A stretch of 60,372 nucleotides of DNA, counting the filler. It is 5 parts of 5 records of this genome, joined end to end, with 100 filler letters (N's around TTAATTAATTAA, not from the genome) between each part and the next. Parts side by side here need not be neighbours in the genome. Positions count along the whole stretch, not along the records: positions 1 to 12,572 come from SRR20825019_109; positions 12,673 to 19,946 come from SRR20825019_111; 3 more parts are not named here. The stretch is one strand, 5' to 3'. The notes beneath the pieces were generated by a model. The model was given only the letters and a program-made list of their open reading frames with translations, had not been told where the DNA came from and did not search any database. This document shows, piece after piece, positions 9,765-19,659 of this stretch (positions are counted from its first letter, which is position 1; the number at the start of each line of letters is the position of its first letter). The position numbers were made by a program, and so were the translations under genes.

Positions 9765-10036
9765 CGCCCGTCACCGAAGGTCGGCAGATACCCTAGTTCG
9801 TCCTTCTCCGCCTCCGGGGAAGAGGCTGGAACGGTCTTCAGGTCGCCGATTTCGAGCCCTACCGTTCGCGCGACGACCAGAGCCTTTTCAAGCTGGCAGC
9901 TCGGCTTGCCGGCCTCCAGTTCCACAATAAAGCGCTCACCCGTACCCGCCCGGCGTGCAAGCTCAGTCTGTGTCCAGCCAAGCCTTTTGCGCCGGTTCTT
10001 GATCAACGCTCCGAAGTCGTTTGCTGTTTTGATCAT
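9761..10036 (-). CDS. hipB: HipB-like XRE HTH antitoxin
   Basis: FGALIK.RRK.LGWTQ.ELA..AGTGERFIVELEAGKP; ATGA overlap with hipA; likely ATG at 10036. Confidence 0.88.
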   Translation of the reverse strand: MIKTANDFGALIKNRRKRLGWTQTELARRAGTGERFIVELEAGKPSCQLEKALVVARTVGLEIGDLKTVPASSPEAEKDELGYLPTFGDGR

Positions 10037-10052
10037 CTTACCCCCAACGAAG

Positions 10053-10107
10053 CTTACCGTACAGGAAGCCATTCACGTCCTCAAGCACATTCTTCCCGAT
10101 CGGTATC
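10053..10107. promoter_or_regulatory. Two imperfect palindromic operators upstream of hipB (CTTACCGTACAGGAAG and CTTCCCGATCGGTATC)
   Basis: Two similar 16-bp dyads in the hipBA promoter region; autoregulation is typical of HipB. Confidence 0.5.
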
Positions 10108-10264
10108 GAGCGCGGGACTTGTTTCACAAACTGATCAACCATGAAATAGGTCATCCTAGTGAAGTTCAGCCATACCAAAATATTTAAAGGGAAACTCTAT
10201 TGCCTTTTAAAGGGAAAATGAGTATCCCTTTGTTGTGATCAACGAAACCACAAGGGGAACTCCG

Positions 10265-11164
10265 TTGAAAAATGTCATGCTGAAGTCCCGCCTGAACGCT
10301 GCCCTTTGCGGCGCAGCCATTCTCGCCCTTTCACAGGGCGCCAGCGCGCAGTCGCTTGAAGTGCAGCCCAAGATGGCGGCTGAAACCTCGTGGGTCGAGA
10401 TGCTACCCGACGACATCAAGGAGAAGGGTACACTTGCGGCCGCGACCACGGACGGCAATGCGCCGTGGTCCTTCGTCGACGAAGCCTCGGGAAAGGCCGT
10501 TGGCGTCGATGTTGACATTCTGAACGAGGCGGCAAAACGCCTTGGCCTCACGGTCGACTGGAGCGTGATCCAGTTCACCGCTGGCATTCCCGGCGTCCAG
10601 TCGGGTCGCTATGACTTCTATGTCAGCGCCATGGCAGACACCAAGGCCCGTCAGGAAATCGTGAACTTCATCGATTATTCACAGGAAGGCTCGGGCGTCA
10701 TCGTAAAGAAGGGTAATCCGCTCGACATCGAGACGATGGAAGATCTCTGCGGCAAGAAGGTCGCGATCGTCACCGGCTCGCTGTTCCCGGCAATCATCGA
10801 AGAGCTCAACAAGAGCTGCGAAAGCCCCGTTATCGTCTCCGAGACCGCCGACCAGTCCGGCCCCTATCTCGCCTTGGCCAGTGGCCAGGCCGATGCGACG
10901 ATGAATACCTATGGTGTATCGAACTACACGCTCCACACCGCCACCGAAGGCATCCAGACGCAGCTTGAGCTGTCGCCGGTTCCGCGCTTTGCACCCGCCA
11001 ACCAGGGCATCGCCTTTTCCAAGGAAGAGACCGACACCATGGCAGCCGTCGCGGGTGCAATGCAGGCCATGGCCGAGGACGGGACCTATCAGGAAATCAT
11101 GACGAAGTGGAATGTCGGCGACGGTGCGCTTGATCCGATCACGCTCAACGACGCGCTCTTCTGA
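10265..11164 (+). CDS. Polar amino-acid ABC transporter substrate-binding protein (SBP_bac_3)
   Basis: Signal peptide, APWSF, GVDVDI, IPGVQSGRYD, DLCGKKVA, GTYQEIM.KW; start 10265 (TTG) or 10277. Confidence 0.9.
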   Translation: MKNVMLKSRLNAALCGAAILALSQGASAQSLEVQPKMAAETSWVEMLPDDIKEKGTLAAATTDGNAPWSFVDEASGKAVGVDVDILNEAAKRLGLTVDWSVIQFTAGIPGVQSGRYDFYVSAMADTKARQEIVNFIDYSQEGSGVIVKKGNPLDIETMEDLCGKKVAIVTGSLFPAIIEELNKSCESPVIVSETADQSGPYLALASGQADATMNTYGVSNYTLHTATEGIQTQLELSPVPRFAPANQGIAFSKEETDTMAAVAGAMQAMAEDGTYQEIMTKWNVGDGALDPITLNDALF

Positions 11165-11181
11165 GCGCCGGGGTCACACCC

Positions 11182-12057
11182 ATGACTCATGAGATCGTTT
11201 CTCATTCGTCTCAGGAAACCGGTCTGCGCATCCATCGCAGGCCGGGGCCCCTCATTCGCAACATTGCTCTCGCTCTGATCGCGGTTGGCGTGGTGTTCAC
11301 CGCAGTCTGGATCGTGCTCGGCAGCGGCCAGATCCGCTGGAACATCGTCGGCAATTATCTGTTTTCGCCGGTGGTACTGAAAGGGGTGCGCACCACGCTT
11401 ATTTTGACTGTAGTCTCATTCTGCGGCTCGCTGGTGCTGGGAACGATACTCGCAGCCATGCGGATTTCGAAAAATCCGGTGTTGGAGGCGATTGCCTCCG
11501 CCTATATCTGGTTTTTCCGCGGCACGCCGCTTCTGGTGCAGATCGTATTCTGGTTCAATCTCGGACTGTTTCTGCCGCAGATCCAGATCGCTGGTCATGC
11601 CTTCGCCACCAACAGCCTGATCAACCCGACAACGGCAGCACTTCTCGGCCTGTTCCTGAACGTCTCCGCATTCATGTGCGAGATCATCCGCGGCGGCCTG
11701 ATATCGGTCGACCCAGGTCAGACGGAAGCAGCCCTTTCAATCGGTATGACGCCGACGAACGCGCTAATGAAGATCGTGCTGCCGCAGGCTATCCGCGTGA
11801 TCACCCCGACGGCCGGTAACCTTGCCATCGATCTCCTGAAATCAACCTCGCTCGTTTACGTCATCGGCACGCGCGAAATTCTCGGAACGACCCAGAGCAT
11901 CGCGGCCCAGACATTCTACGTCATCGAGATGCTGATGGTTGCCTCTATCTGGTATCTGATCCTCGTCTCGATCGCCTCTCTCGGTCAGGCATGGCTCGAA
12001 AAACGGCTGACCCGCAGTGCAGGTACCGCGCGCAAGGCCGTCGCGACAGCGACATAG
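11182..12057 (+). CDS. Amino-acid ABC transporter permease (HisM/GlnP type)
   Basis: FRGTPLLVQ, EIIRGG..SVDPGQ.EAALSIGM (EAA loop), LPQA. Confidence 0.93.
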   Translation: MTHEIVSHSSQETGLRIHRRPGPLIRNIALALIAVGVVFTAVWIVLGSGQIRWNIVGNYLFSPVVLKGVRTTLILTVVSFCGSLVLGTILAAMRISKNPVLEAIASAYIWFFRGTPLLVQIVFWFNLGLFLPQIQIAGHAFATNSLINPTTAALLGLFLNVSAFMCEIIRGGLISVDPGQTEAALSIGMTPTNALMKIVLPQAIRVITPTAGNLAIDLLKSTSLVYVIGTREILGTTQSIAAQTFYVIEMLMVASIWYLILVSIASLGQAWLEKRLTRSAGTARKAVATAT

Positions 12058-12060
12058 GAG

Positions 12061-12572
12061 ATGGACATGACTTACGAACTGCCCGAACTGGAGCAGGTTG
12101 ACGATGTCATCCGTATTCATGACCTGAAAAAGAACTACGGCCACCACGAGGTGCTGAAGGGCATTGATCTGACGGTGAAGCGCGCCCAGGCCGCCTTCGT
12201 CATCGGTCCCTCCGGCTCCGGCAAGAGCACGTTGTTGCGTTGCGTCAACAGCCTCGAAAGCTACGAGGGCGGCCAGCTCTGGGTCGAGGACTATCTCGTC
12301 GGCGCTGAACGCCACGGCGATCGCTGGATGGAAGCGCATCCCCGCACCACCGCGCGCCGGCGCAGCAGCATCGGCATGGTGTTTCAGCGCTTCAACCTAT
12401 TCCCGAACATGACGGCGCTGGAAAATGTCACCGCCGGCCTTCGCATGGTGCTGAAGATGAACCGCGACGAGGCCTTCGACCGCGGCAAGGCCCTGCTTGA
12501 ACGCGTCGGGCTCGGCAATCGGGCCGATGCCTATCCGGCACAGCTTTCCGGCGGCCAGCAGCAGCGTGTCGC
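12061..12572 (+). CDS. Amino-acid ABC transporter ATP-binding protein (GlnQ-like), 3' truncated by contig end
   Basis: Walker A GPSGSGKS, Q-loop MVFQ.FNLFP, signature LSGGQQQRV. Confidence 0.92.
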
Positions 12573-12672
12573 NNNNNNNNNNNNNNNNNNNNNNNNNNNN
12601 NNNNNNNNNNNNNNNNTTAATTAATTAANNNNNNNNNNNNNNNNNNNNNNNNNNNNNNNNNNNNNNNNNNNN
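12573..12672. other. Artificial contig-join spacer (N44-TTAATTAATTAA-N44)
   Basis: Identical 100-nt linker with stops in all six frames; sequence character changes abruptly. Confidence 0.97.
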
Positions 12673-13400
12673 CCGGCCTCTCATCGCGTGACGCCCCCCC
12701 CCTCCCCCCCCCCGGCTGAGTCACCAGCGGTCTGGCCCCGAAGCGTGGGTGATTGGCGGGAGTCAGGTGCGGGCGCCGCGGCCTGCGCCGGCCGCCCGCG
12801 GGGACCGGCCTTGGCGCTCCCCTGACCCGCGGGCGCCGGCTGGACACGAGCGGCGCGGGGACGCTGCGCGGCCGCCGCTCACCGGGCGGTCGCCCTCCCC
12901 GCCAGCGGCGGCGCCTGCCAGGTCAGTCCGCCAGTCCGCCGGTGCCGGCGGTGGCTGCCGGCAGTCAGTGCCCTGTGATCGGAGTCTCCGCCCGGCAGCG
13001 GCCCGGCAGCGGCCGGGCGAGTGAGTCGGAGTCACCGTGCCGGTGTCTCGGATGTGCTATTTTTGGTTGCATATCTTGAGGTCTTATTTTGTAGTCTTAT
13101 TAAATTTAGATTCAACGTTAAAACAGGATTTCCATGACACTCAACCACCCACACAAGTTCCCGTCACAAAGGCTCGGGGCGCCGGCGCCCCCGCGGGGCC
13201 GGCCGCCGCGGGGCCCCCGCGCGCGGCCGGTCTTCCGGCGCCCGCAGGCAGCCTCCCTCGGCCGGCCGGTGAGCGTGGCGGGGGGCCCCGGCGGCCGCGG
13301 GCACGCGGGACCGCGGTCCGGCCAGCGCGGCGGCGTGGGCCGCCGCGACCCGTGTTAACACCCGGCCCGGGCCCGGCGGGCTGGACTCGGGGTTTCGCCT
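12673..13400. repeat. GC-rich low-complexity eukaryotic intergenic DNA with one AT-rich island (~13050-13170)
   Basis: CCGG/GGCC-rich runs, poly-C, recurring GAGTCA-like words; only spurious Arg/Pro/Gly/Ala ORFs. Confidence 0.6.
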
Positions 13401-13497
13401 GTGATGTGGTTTATGTTCAAACGTAACACCCATAAAACTCTCCGACTAAACACCCCGAGAGCAGAGCAACGCTTTGAATTGCCACTGTGTGTGGGTA

Positions 13498-14572
13498 ATG
13501 GCAAAGCCGGTGGTGAGTCCGCTGAGGTGGCTCTATTATGGCCTTCTGGTACTTCATGTTGTCAGCTTCATGAAGGTGTGTTCGGCATCTGCAGGCACTC
13601 CCGGAATCCCTGTAGCCTCCGACAGATATGCTGATCATATGAGGCTTACCTATACTGCTGCTAGTGGTGCCGCTGCGGTAAGAGCACCTGGATTCTCCTG
13701 ACCGGGGTAGCTTCGATGCTGACGCTCGGGCAGTATCAGGTTTACATTGAGCAGGCAGAGATAGCACAAGTGGACAAATGGTACAGCCAGTACTTATTTC
13801 AGCCTGCACGGGGTAACATTACAGTAGTCAATCCTGTCATAACTGGGTAAGAGTCATTGCACGGATAGCCGAGCCGTTTGGCTATGCTGCCAGGAGTATG
13901 TGCGCCGTATGCTGAACTTGGTATGATAGGCTGCAGTGGTCGTCTCAATATAGGTTTCAAGTACGCGCTCTTGACAGCACTGGGCACCCTGGGTCACTGT
14001 GCTCTACGTCGCTGACGTATAGAACGAGTGCACGTATGACACCCTGTTTCTAATGAAGTCTTTGTTGTGAGAATTCTGACTCGGTGTTTTAGCAAACTTG
14101 GTGCTCACTTCAATTACCCTTATCGAGGGCGCGACCAAATGGAAGGTTGTATACAAAAAGAATATTCGCAGATGCGTTTATATGCGCAAATATGACACCA
14201 GTCTGACGGTTGCCGAGCACACGCGGGGACAGTTTTGTAGGGGTTCAATAGGAGAAGAAGTCACCGAAGTGGTTTCATTTGTGAGTACCCTTTTTGCAAA
14301 AACCGGCGCCCATTGTTACACCATTCGTGCTCATTTGCTGACTGTACTCGGTATCCAGTGGACCATGCCTGATGTGAAAACGGATGGGTCCCAATATGTG
14401 ATGGTGGCAGGTTCAGATCCAGGCGTGTTTTCAAACGCAGTTGCTGCGACCGCGGTATGTTGAACTCTTTTGTTACACTTTTCCTTGCTTTCTTCTCGGC
14501 CTCGGTCTCATAAGCGATTGATTTTAGGATTCGAGCTACACTGCCAATTGTCACCCAACGCCTTGTGGATAG
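13498..14572 (+). CDS. Eukaryotic multi-exon gene for a small, probably secreted protein of unknown function
   Basis: Frame-consistent GT-AG introns 13678-13733, 13847-13936, 13961-14022, 14034-14092, 14281-14358, 14455-14527 (one more likely before 14233); several with CTGAC branch motif; hydrophobic N-terminus; ends DSSYTANCHPTPCG*. Confidence 0.65.
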
Positions 14573-14813
14573 AAATCGAGCAAATACAAAGAGAACGTGC
14601 GCTTACGGTCATTATCTACACGCCACAAGCACCAGCATTCCTACTTCCTCCATCCAACCCTTCGTCCACATGTGATCTACCAGATTTCAAAATTTCAACT
14701 CTAAACTCAGCAACAAACTCCAATTCTCAACTTCTCTCGCACTCATGTTTCTCGGTATAGATTAAGTATAGCACTAAATGCAATTCCAGCTTAGCATCAT
14801 GTATTGTCGAGAG

Positions 14814-16281
14814 TTACTGGGCTTTCGTGAAAAACGACTGGATGCTACCATGTTTGGGTTTTGATGCTGTCTTGTTAGGACTCACAACATCCAGTTTGGT
14901 TTTCTTTTGAGGGGATCTTCCTTGTGCTATCCCACTACCATGAGTGGGGCCCCTTTTTTTGCTACTTGACTCAGATGACGCCAGGGGTGCATTGTGTTTG
15001 CTTCCCTTCTCAAAATCAGATGCATTTCCGTCGTTAAGGTTACCAACTACAAGCGTAGCCTTCGCATCACGTGAATTTTTTCCATCCTTGGAAGTTTCCG
15101 GGACACTTTTGGTATGAACCGGTGAGAAGAACGATGCGATAGACTTACTCTCCTGAAGCTGTTGTGCAGAATCTGTGTAAGCAAGTCAAGTGTACAAAGC
15201 GACGAACATGCAATGTGGGACCTACCTTGATCGGAGCATGGCAGTCCAATGTCTCCGGGCGCCATCTACTATCATTAAGCTGAAGATATATCACTCTGTT
15301 AAAAGCTGCGACATCAGGTCCAGGTGTTAACACCACGCACCTTTGTAGTAACTGGGTGCCACTTCAGATCGTCACCGCTCTTTGGCTTGACGAGTCTTTC
15401 GAAGAGCTCACTTCCAACAAGAGCTTCTGCGGAAGAGTGAAGCCACTCGTCAATCTCCTGAGGAAAATAATCAGAGAAATGGATATGCGGTGACCAGTAC
15501 AGTACCGTGGGATTTAGAAATACAGGTTGCCTATCATGCAGCCAACTCAATCGATCGCAAACTCGTGTAGTGAGCACAGTGAACGTGTAAATATCGTCGC
15601 CTCCCTCAGGAGGTGTCCACCTATCATACAACGCGGCAAAAAAGAGAAGGTTACCTATGAGGGAAAAAGTCAATATGCGGAACACAAGGAGAGAAACACA
15701 CCGGCGCCACCTTCTCCAGCGGAGGGGTACACATAGTACGGCTGCTTCTTCTTTTGATCCGGAAGCACTTTCCACTCGTAGAACCCGTCGAACACCGCCA
15801 CACACCTCTTCTTCTTGAGAAGTCTACTGAAAACCGTTTTCTCTCTGACAGTCTCGGACCGCGCATTGAACATACGCCAGTGGTCAGGGCGGCCCTTTTC
15901 ATAAAATGGAACCAATCCCCACTTAAATCATAAACCGTCAGCCACTACGTTACAGAGTAGATACACCCGCCATCATTGGGGTGCCGCAAACTGCAAAGCT
16001 CACCTTCATAGTGTGCAGATGTCGGCCACCAGACTGCTCCGGTGCTTTTTCGTTCGAAGCACTTGGACCAGCACCTCCACCCACAATGACAGGGGCAAAA
16101 TGTCCTGGTGCGACACTACCAGAGGGCTGGTAGGACTGCATGTTTTCCCAAAACGCAACATTTGCTCCAGCTGCCGCAGCTAACTTCTCACATCAATCGT
16201 CAGGCCACCACGATTACGCTTCCTATGCCATCGTTTTCCCACCTGCTGACCATCCATAGCAACACGGCCACGACCACACAT
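14814..16281 (-). CDS. HMCES: SRAP-domain abasic-site processing protein (HMCES/YedK homolog), intron-containing
   Basis: Spliced product begins MCGR (catalytic Cys2); YQPS..VAPG..APVI, MKWGLVP, FNARSET, RC...DGFYEW, KQPYY, AALYD.W, TFTVLT, LHDRQP, WHPVT; introns e.g. 16184-16242 and 15922-16003; last exon ends ...GSIQSFFTKAQ*. Confidence 0.88.
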
Positions 16282-16409
16282 TGTATTTTTCGGCAGACGT
16301 TTCACTTACTTCGTTTCAACGAATGGGCAAGTTCACCGCCTTTTTGTAGTTGTTCATGTACAGTTCCCCGGCCGCGACCACCAACTTGCAAGTTGGACAT
16401 CGACGATAC

Positions 16410-16830
16410 CGGCGGTCCGGCCTGGCGGGTCCGAGTTGCTCTGCTGCGGTCCCCGAGCGTCCCGGCGGCCGGCGCGGGCGTCACACTATGCGGCCCCCCG
16501 CCCCGGGCCGGCCGCCGCGTGCGGCCTGGGGGGTGCCCGGCGCAACCGTGGCCGCGCCGGCCGCCCCTTCGGGGATGACGAAGTGAGTGGGCCTGCCAGG
16601 CTCAGGCTGACCGTCTCAGTCCGGGACCGTGTCCGAGTTCACTGTCACGCGCGGCCCGGGCCCGGCCCCGACCCGGCGGCGGCCGGGGCCCGGCACGGGG
16701 GCCACCTGCCACTGGCCAGTGGGCGGCGGCAGCCCAGGCCGGGCTTTGCAGTTCGGCTCACTCGACCCGGCCAGTTCGCCGCTGCCGGAGCTCCGGGCTC
16801 GCCGGACGGATGGCGGCCGGGGCATGGTGA
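16410..16830. promoter_or_regulatory. GC/CpG-rich spacer between divergent eukaryotic genes (candidate bidirectional promoter)
   Basis: Very GC-rich block between SRAP start (16281, -) and aminotransferase start (16908, +). Confidence 0.45.
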
Positions 16831-16907
16831 GTGTCGCTGGTCAGGAAATAACTACAAATATTTTGCGGCTGTGGGAACCCTTCATATAATCACTTGACTG
16901 GTTTTTT

Positions 16908-17964
16908 ATGATGCAGTGTAAGATTAGCGTGGGGCCAGGGGAATCATTGCGGATGGTTACCTCCGGCTCTGCTGCCTCCCCATCTCCAAAGGACTTCTTA
17001 CTGTCCCTACCTCGAGGAGGATATACCGCTGCTCGGTATGTGTATGATTGTGGACTGCGCTTTTGTGCTGAGCCGGGCAACACCAGGACTATCGAGGGCG
17101 GAAGAAGAGTGCTTTCTGCCTCCTTCCATGCCCGAAGGCTAGTTGAGTCTGTCAACCTTCTAAGACGTGTGGAACCAGGCCAAGTTGAAGAGCTCGTATT
17201 GGACGTGGCCGACCTGCAAGCAACACTAGAGCATATGCCCACATCGTTGATGAAAGCATCCCTCCCCTCTGGTCAGGCTTTTCAAGATGGATCTGAATTA
17301 ATGATGACCATATGGGTCGGTACGGGTCTTGCGGGTGATGACGATGGATCCTCCGTAGTATTGGTATGAAGATGGGAATGTTCCAATATTGCAGCATCTG
17401 AACCTCATGATTTAGGGTCTGGGAACAGAGCTAGCCGTGCATATCTGCAAACTTCCTTTGCCACCGGCGTGTGGATACATTGACTGTGCCACGGCAGTGC
17501 ACAGCCGCCATCTACCACGCGCCAAAGACTCATATTGGGCAAGGGATCGTGAGCATTTGGAGGCAGTCAAGGCGAGGGCGGGGGGCGCCGAGACTATCAT
17601 GGTTGGCCAGGATGGGAGGGTCCTGGAAGGGCTTGTCACGAATGTATTTGTTGTACTATCAGACGGGTCCGTCCACACTGCAGGCGAAGATTTGGTACTG
17701 CCCGGGCACATGCGGGCAATTGCTTTGGAGGCGTGCCATAAGGCCAACATCCCTGTATTTGTTGAGGGTCCAGGACCCGTCCTTGACGCAACAGAGGTTG
17801 TGGCTTGCTTTGTGACAAGTGCGGCGAAGCCCGTCGTCCCCGTGCGCCGGGTAACACTCCTCCACACTGGAGATGGCTCATCGCCCCGTATACTAGAGTT
17901 TGACATCAAGAATGACACCGTGCTTCGCTTGGCCGCATTGGTGGCTGAGTTGATGCTGGAATGA
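16908..17964 (+). CDS. PLP-dependent class IV aminotransferase-like protein (D-amino acid aminotransferase/ADC-lyase fold), intron-containing
   Basis: PRGGYTAAR, H..RL, R...AKDS.W, LEGLVTNVFVV, VLPG.MR, FVTSA; phase-0 intron 17364-17415 joins the two ORFs; probable in-frame intron 17036-17086. Confidence 0.8.
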
Positions 17965-18065
17965 TTGCAAGCGGATTCGATGATTCATCTATTCGAAAAC
18001 ATCAAGGTACCTACTAGTGGAGGTTGGGTTTTCTAGAGTGATGAGCGATTGTTTTTTTTTTTTCA

Positions 18066-19388
18066 TTATTCGATTCTTTGATGATACACCCCGTCGTCCT
18101 GCAGCCATACAGCGTTCAGGGCCATATTCTCCTTGACCAAGTCAGGATTGACTTCCGCACAAGCATCAACAAGAGCCTGCAGTAGCCCCATTCTGGTGAA
18201 ATGGCCGAGTCCGTTCGGTGCATTGACCTCCTTTACCACACCAATACTATCGGGCATCCAGCGGTCAAACATCACCCGGATTGGGCTTGTTGAGATTACA
18301 ACTTCATCAGGATGTCGCAGGAATTTGGAGTCTCCGCTGGGTCGAAGATATGCACGACCGTAACCAGCATATGGCCAGGGCTCTTCTTCCTCATCGCTGT
18401 CATAGATAGTGCCAGCAGGCCGGGGCCTTGGATCTGTTATGAATGTTATTTCCTCCGAATCAGTGCCGGCGGTGCCATCTTGCCCTGTATTATTAATTGA
18501 AATGCCGTTATCGTCAGCATCATTGTCTAAGTCTGCCAACTGAAATCTGCATGAAAGTCCCAAGTGATACGAGTTGCTGCTCACGCTGTACGTAAGGGAA
18601 GATATATCGTGCATCGCCGCGATCTGCTCTTTGTTCTCAGTCAGTCCTTGAACTCTATCCTTCACCTGGAGGTAAAACTTGTGCAAAACTGTGGCATCAT
18701 CAAAGATTCCCGCAAATTTGGTAAGCAGTTCTTTTGCCACATCACATCGCTTTCTTGACGTAATTGTTATAGGAATGGGGTCTATTGTAGGGAAATCTTT
18801 TGGATCAACACCAAAGGGGACGCCGGGACCAAGATTGGCAGCATAAGTTGTGATGTTATCCTTCAAAACTTCTTCCTCCCAGTCGTCGAAAGTACGTGCC
18901 ATTAGGGCCAACTTTTGCGCGATCCCTTTTTGAGATAGTCCGAGTCCGTCCTTCCAACCACAATACGTATTGCTTCGATACAGGGGTAAAGTAACATTGT
19001 TGCAACGACTCCCTCTTCCCTTTATGATAGCGCATTCTTTTAACGAGAAAATACTACCTTCGACTAAGACCAGGGGAAGCATCCACTCCTCTGTATCTTC
19101 ATGGACCCATTTCTTGACAACCTCAGTACCCGCCTCCACTTCAGCCTCGTCGCATACCACATAAGCAACATTTTCGTCTTCTTCCTCCTTGATTAACCTC
19201 TTCGCTACCTCCTCCCTAATAACAACGGCGCCCCTCTCCATAACAAATTCAGTAAAGAAAGTACATTGTGTCTCTTTCATATTAGGAGAGAGAACAAACT
19301 TCATATGCCTTAGCGAACGATCCACGGTCCTGCGGGCAGGGGGTACCAAAGAGTACACGCTCTCTGCGCCGTCATTAGAGGCGTCCAT
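18066..19388 (-). CDS. Intronless 440-aa eukaryotic hypothetical protein, possible N-terminal BRCT-like domain
   Basis: Long open frame; ATG 19388 directly follows a putative intron 19544-19389 (GTGAGC...CTGCAG); L..MKFVLS...GAVV...VAYVVC...LKEC pattern resembles BRCT. Confidence 0.6.
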   Translation of the reverse strand: MDASNDGAESVYSLVPPARRTVDRSLRHMKFVLSPNMKETQCTFFTEFVMERGAVVIREEVAKRLIKEEEDENVAYVVCDEAEVEAGTEVVKKWVHEDTEEWMLPLVLVEGSIFSLKECAIIKGRGSRCNNVTLPLYRSNTYCGWKDGLGLSQKGIAQKLALMARTFDDWEEEVLKDNITTYAANLGPGVPFGVDPKDFPTIDPIPITITSRKRCDVAKELLTKFAGIFDDATVLHKFYLQVKDRVQGLTENKEQIAAMHDISSLTYSVSSNSYHLGLSCRFQLADLDNDADDNGISINNTGQDGTAGTDSEEITFITDPRPRPAGTIYDSDEEEEPWPYAGYGRAYLRPSGDSKFLRHPDEVVISTSPIRVMFDRWMPDSIGVVKEVNAPNGLGHFTRMGLLQALVDACAEVNPDLVKENMALNAVWLQDDGVYHQRIE

Positions 19389-19659
19389 CTGCAGTAAATG
19401 GGGGTCTTCTAATGGGATGACAGGATGTAGGGCTTTTGTATGGAATATATATATCAAGAAACAAGTACCACAGTCACGATGAGTTCGGAGGGTATCAGCG
19501 AAAGATGATACTCTTGACGTTTCCGACCACAGACTGCGGCTCACTCTGCTTGAGAATGCCAGCCGGCCCCCGGCTCCGAGTCACAGCAACAACAATTTAG
19601 CGGGGGGCCACCACAGCCACGACACGGGCGACGGACTAGACGGCGCACACCCAGCCCCC

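Noticed and set aside
12617..12628. TTAATTAATTAA palindrome repeated four times in the window
   Set aside because: Always centred in exactly 88 Ns; an assembly linker, not biology
13047..13080. Hairpin with a U-rich loop (TATTTTTGG) resembling an snRNA Sm site
   Set aside because: No U1/U2/U4/U5/U6 consensus nearby, and Sm sites are single-stranded between stems rather than in a loop
12617..13433. Arg/Pro/Gly/Ala-rich ORFs in GC blocks (also 16108-16897)
   Set aside because: Expected stop-codon scarcity in very GC-rich low-complexity DNA; overlapping in all frames with no motifs
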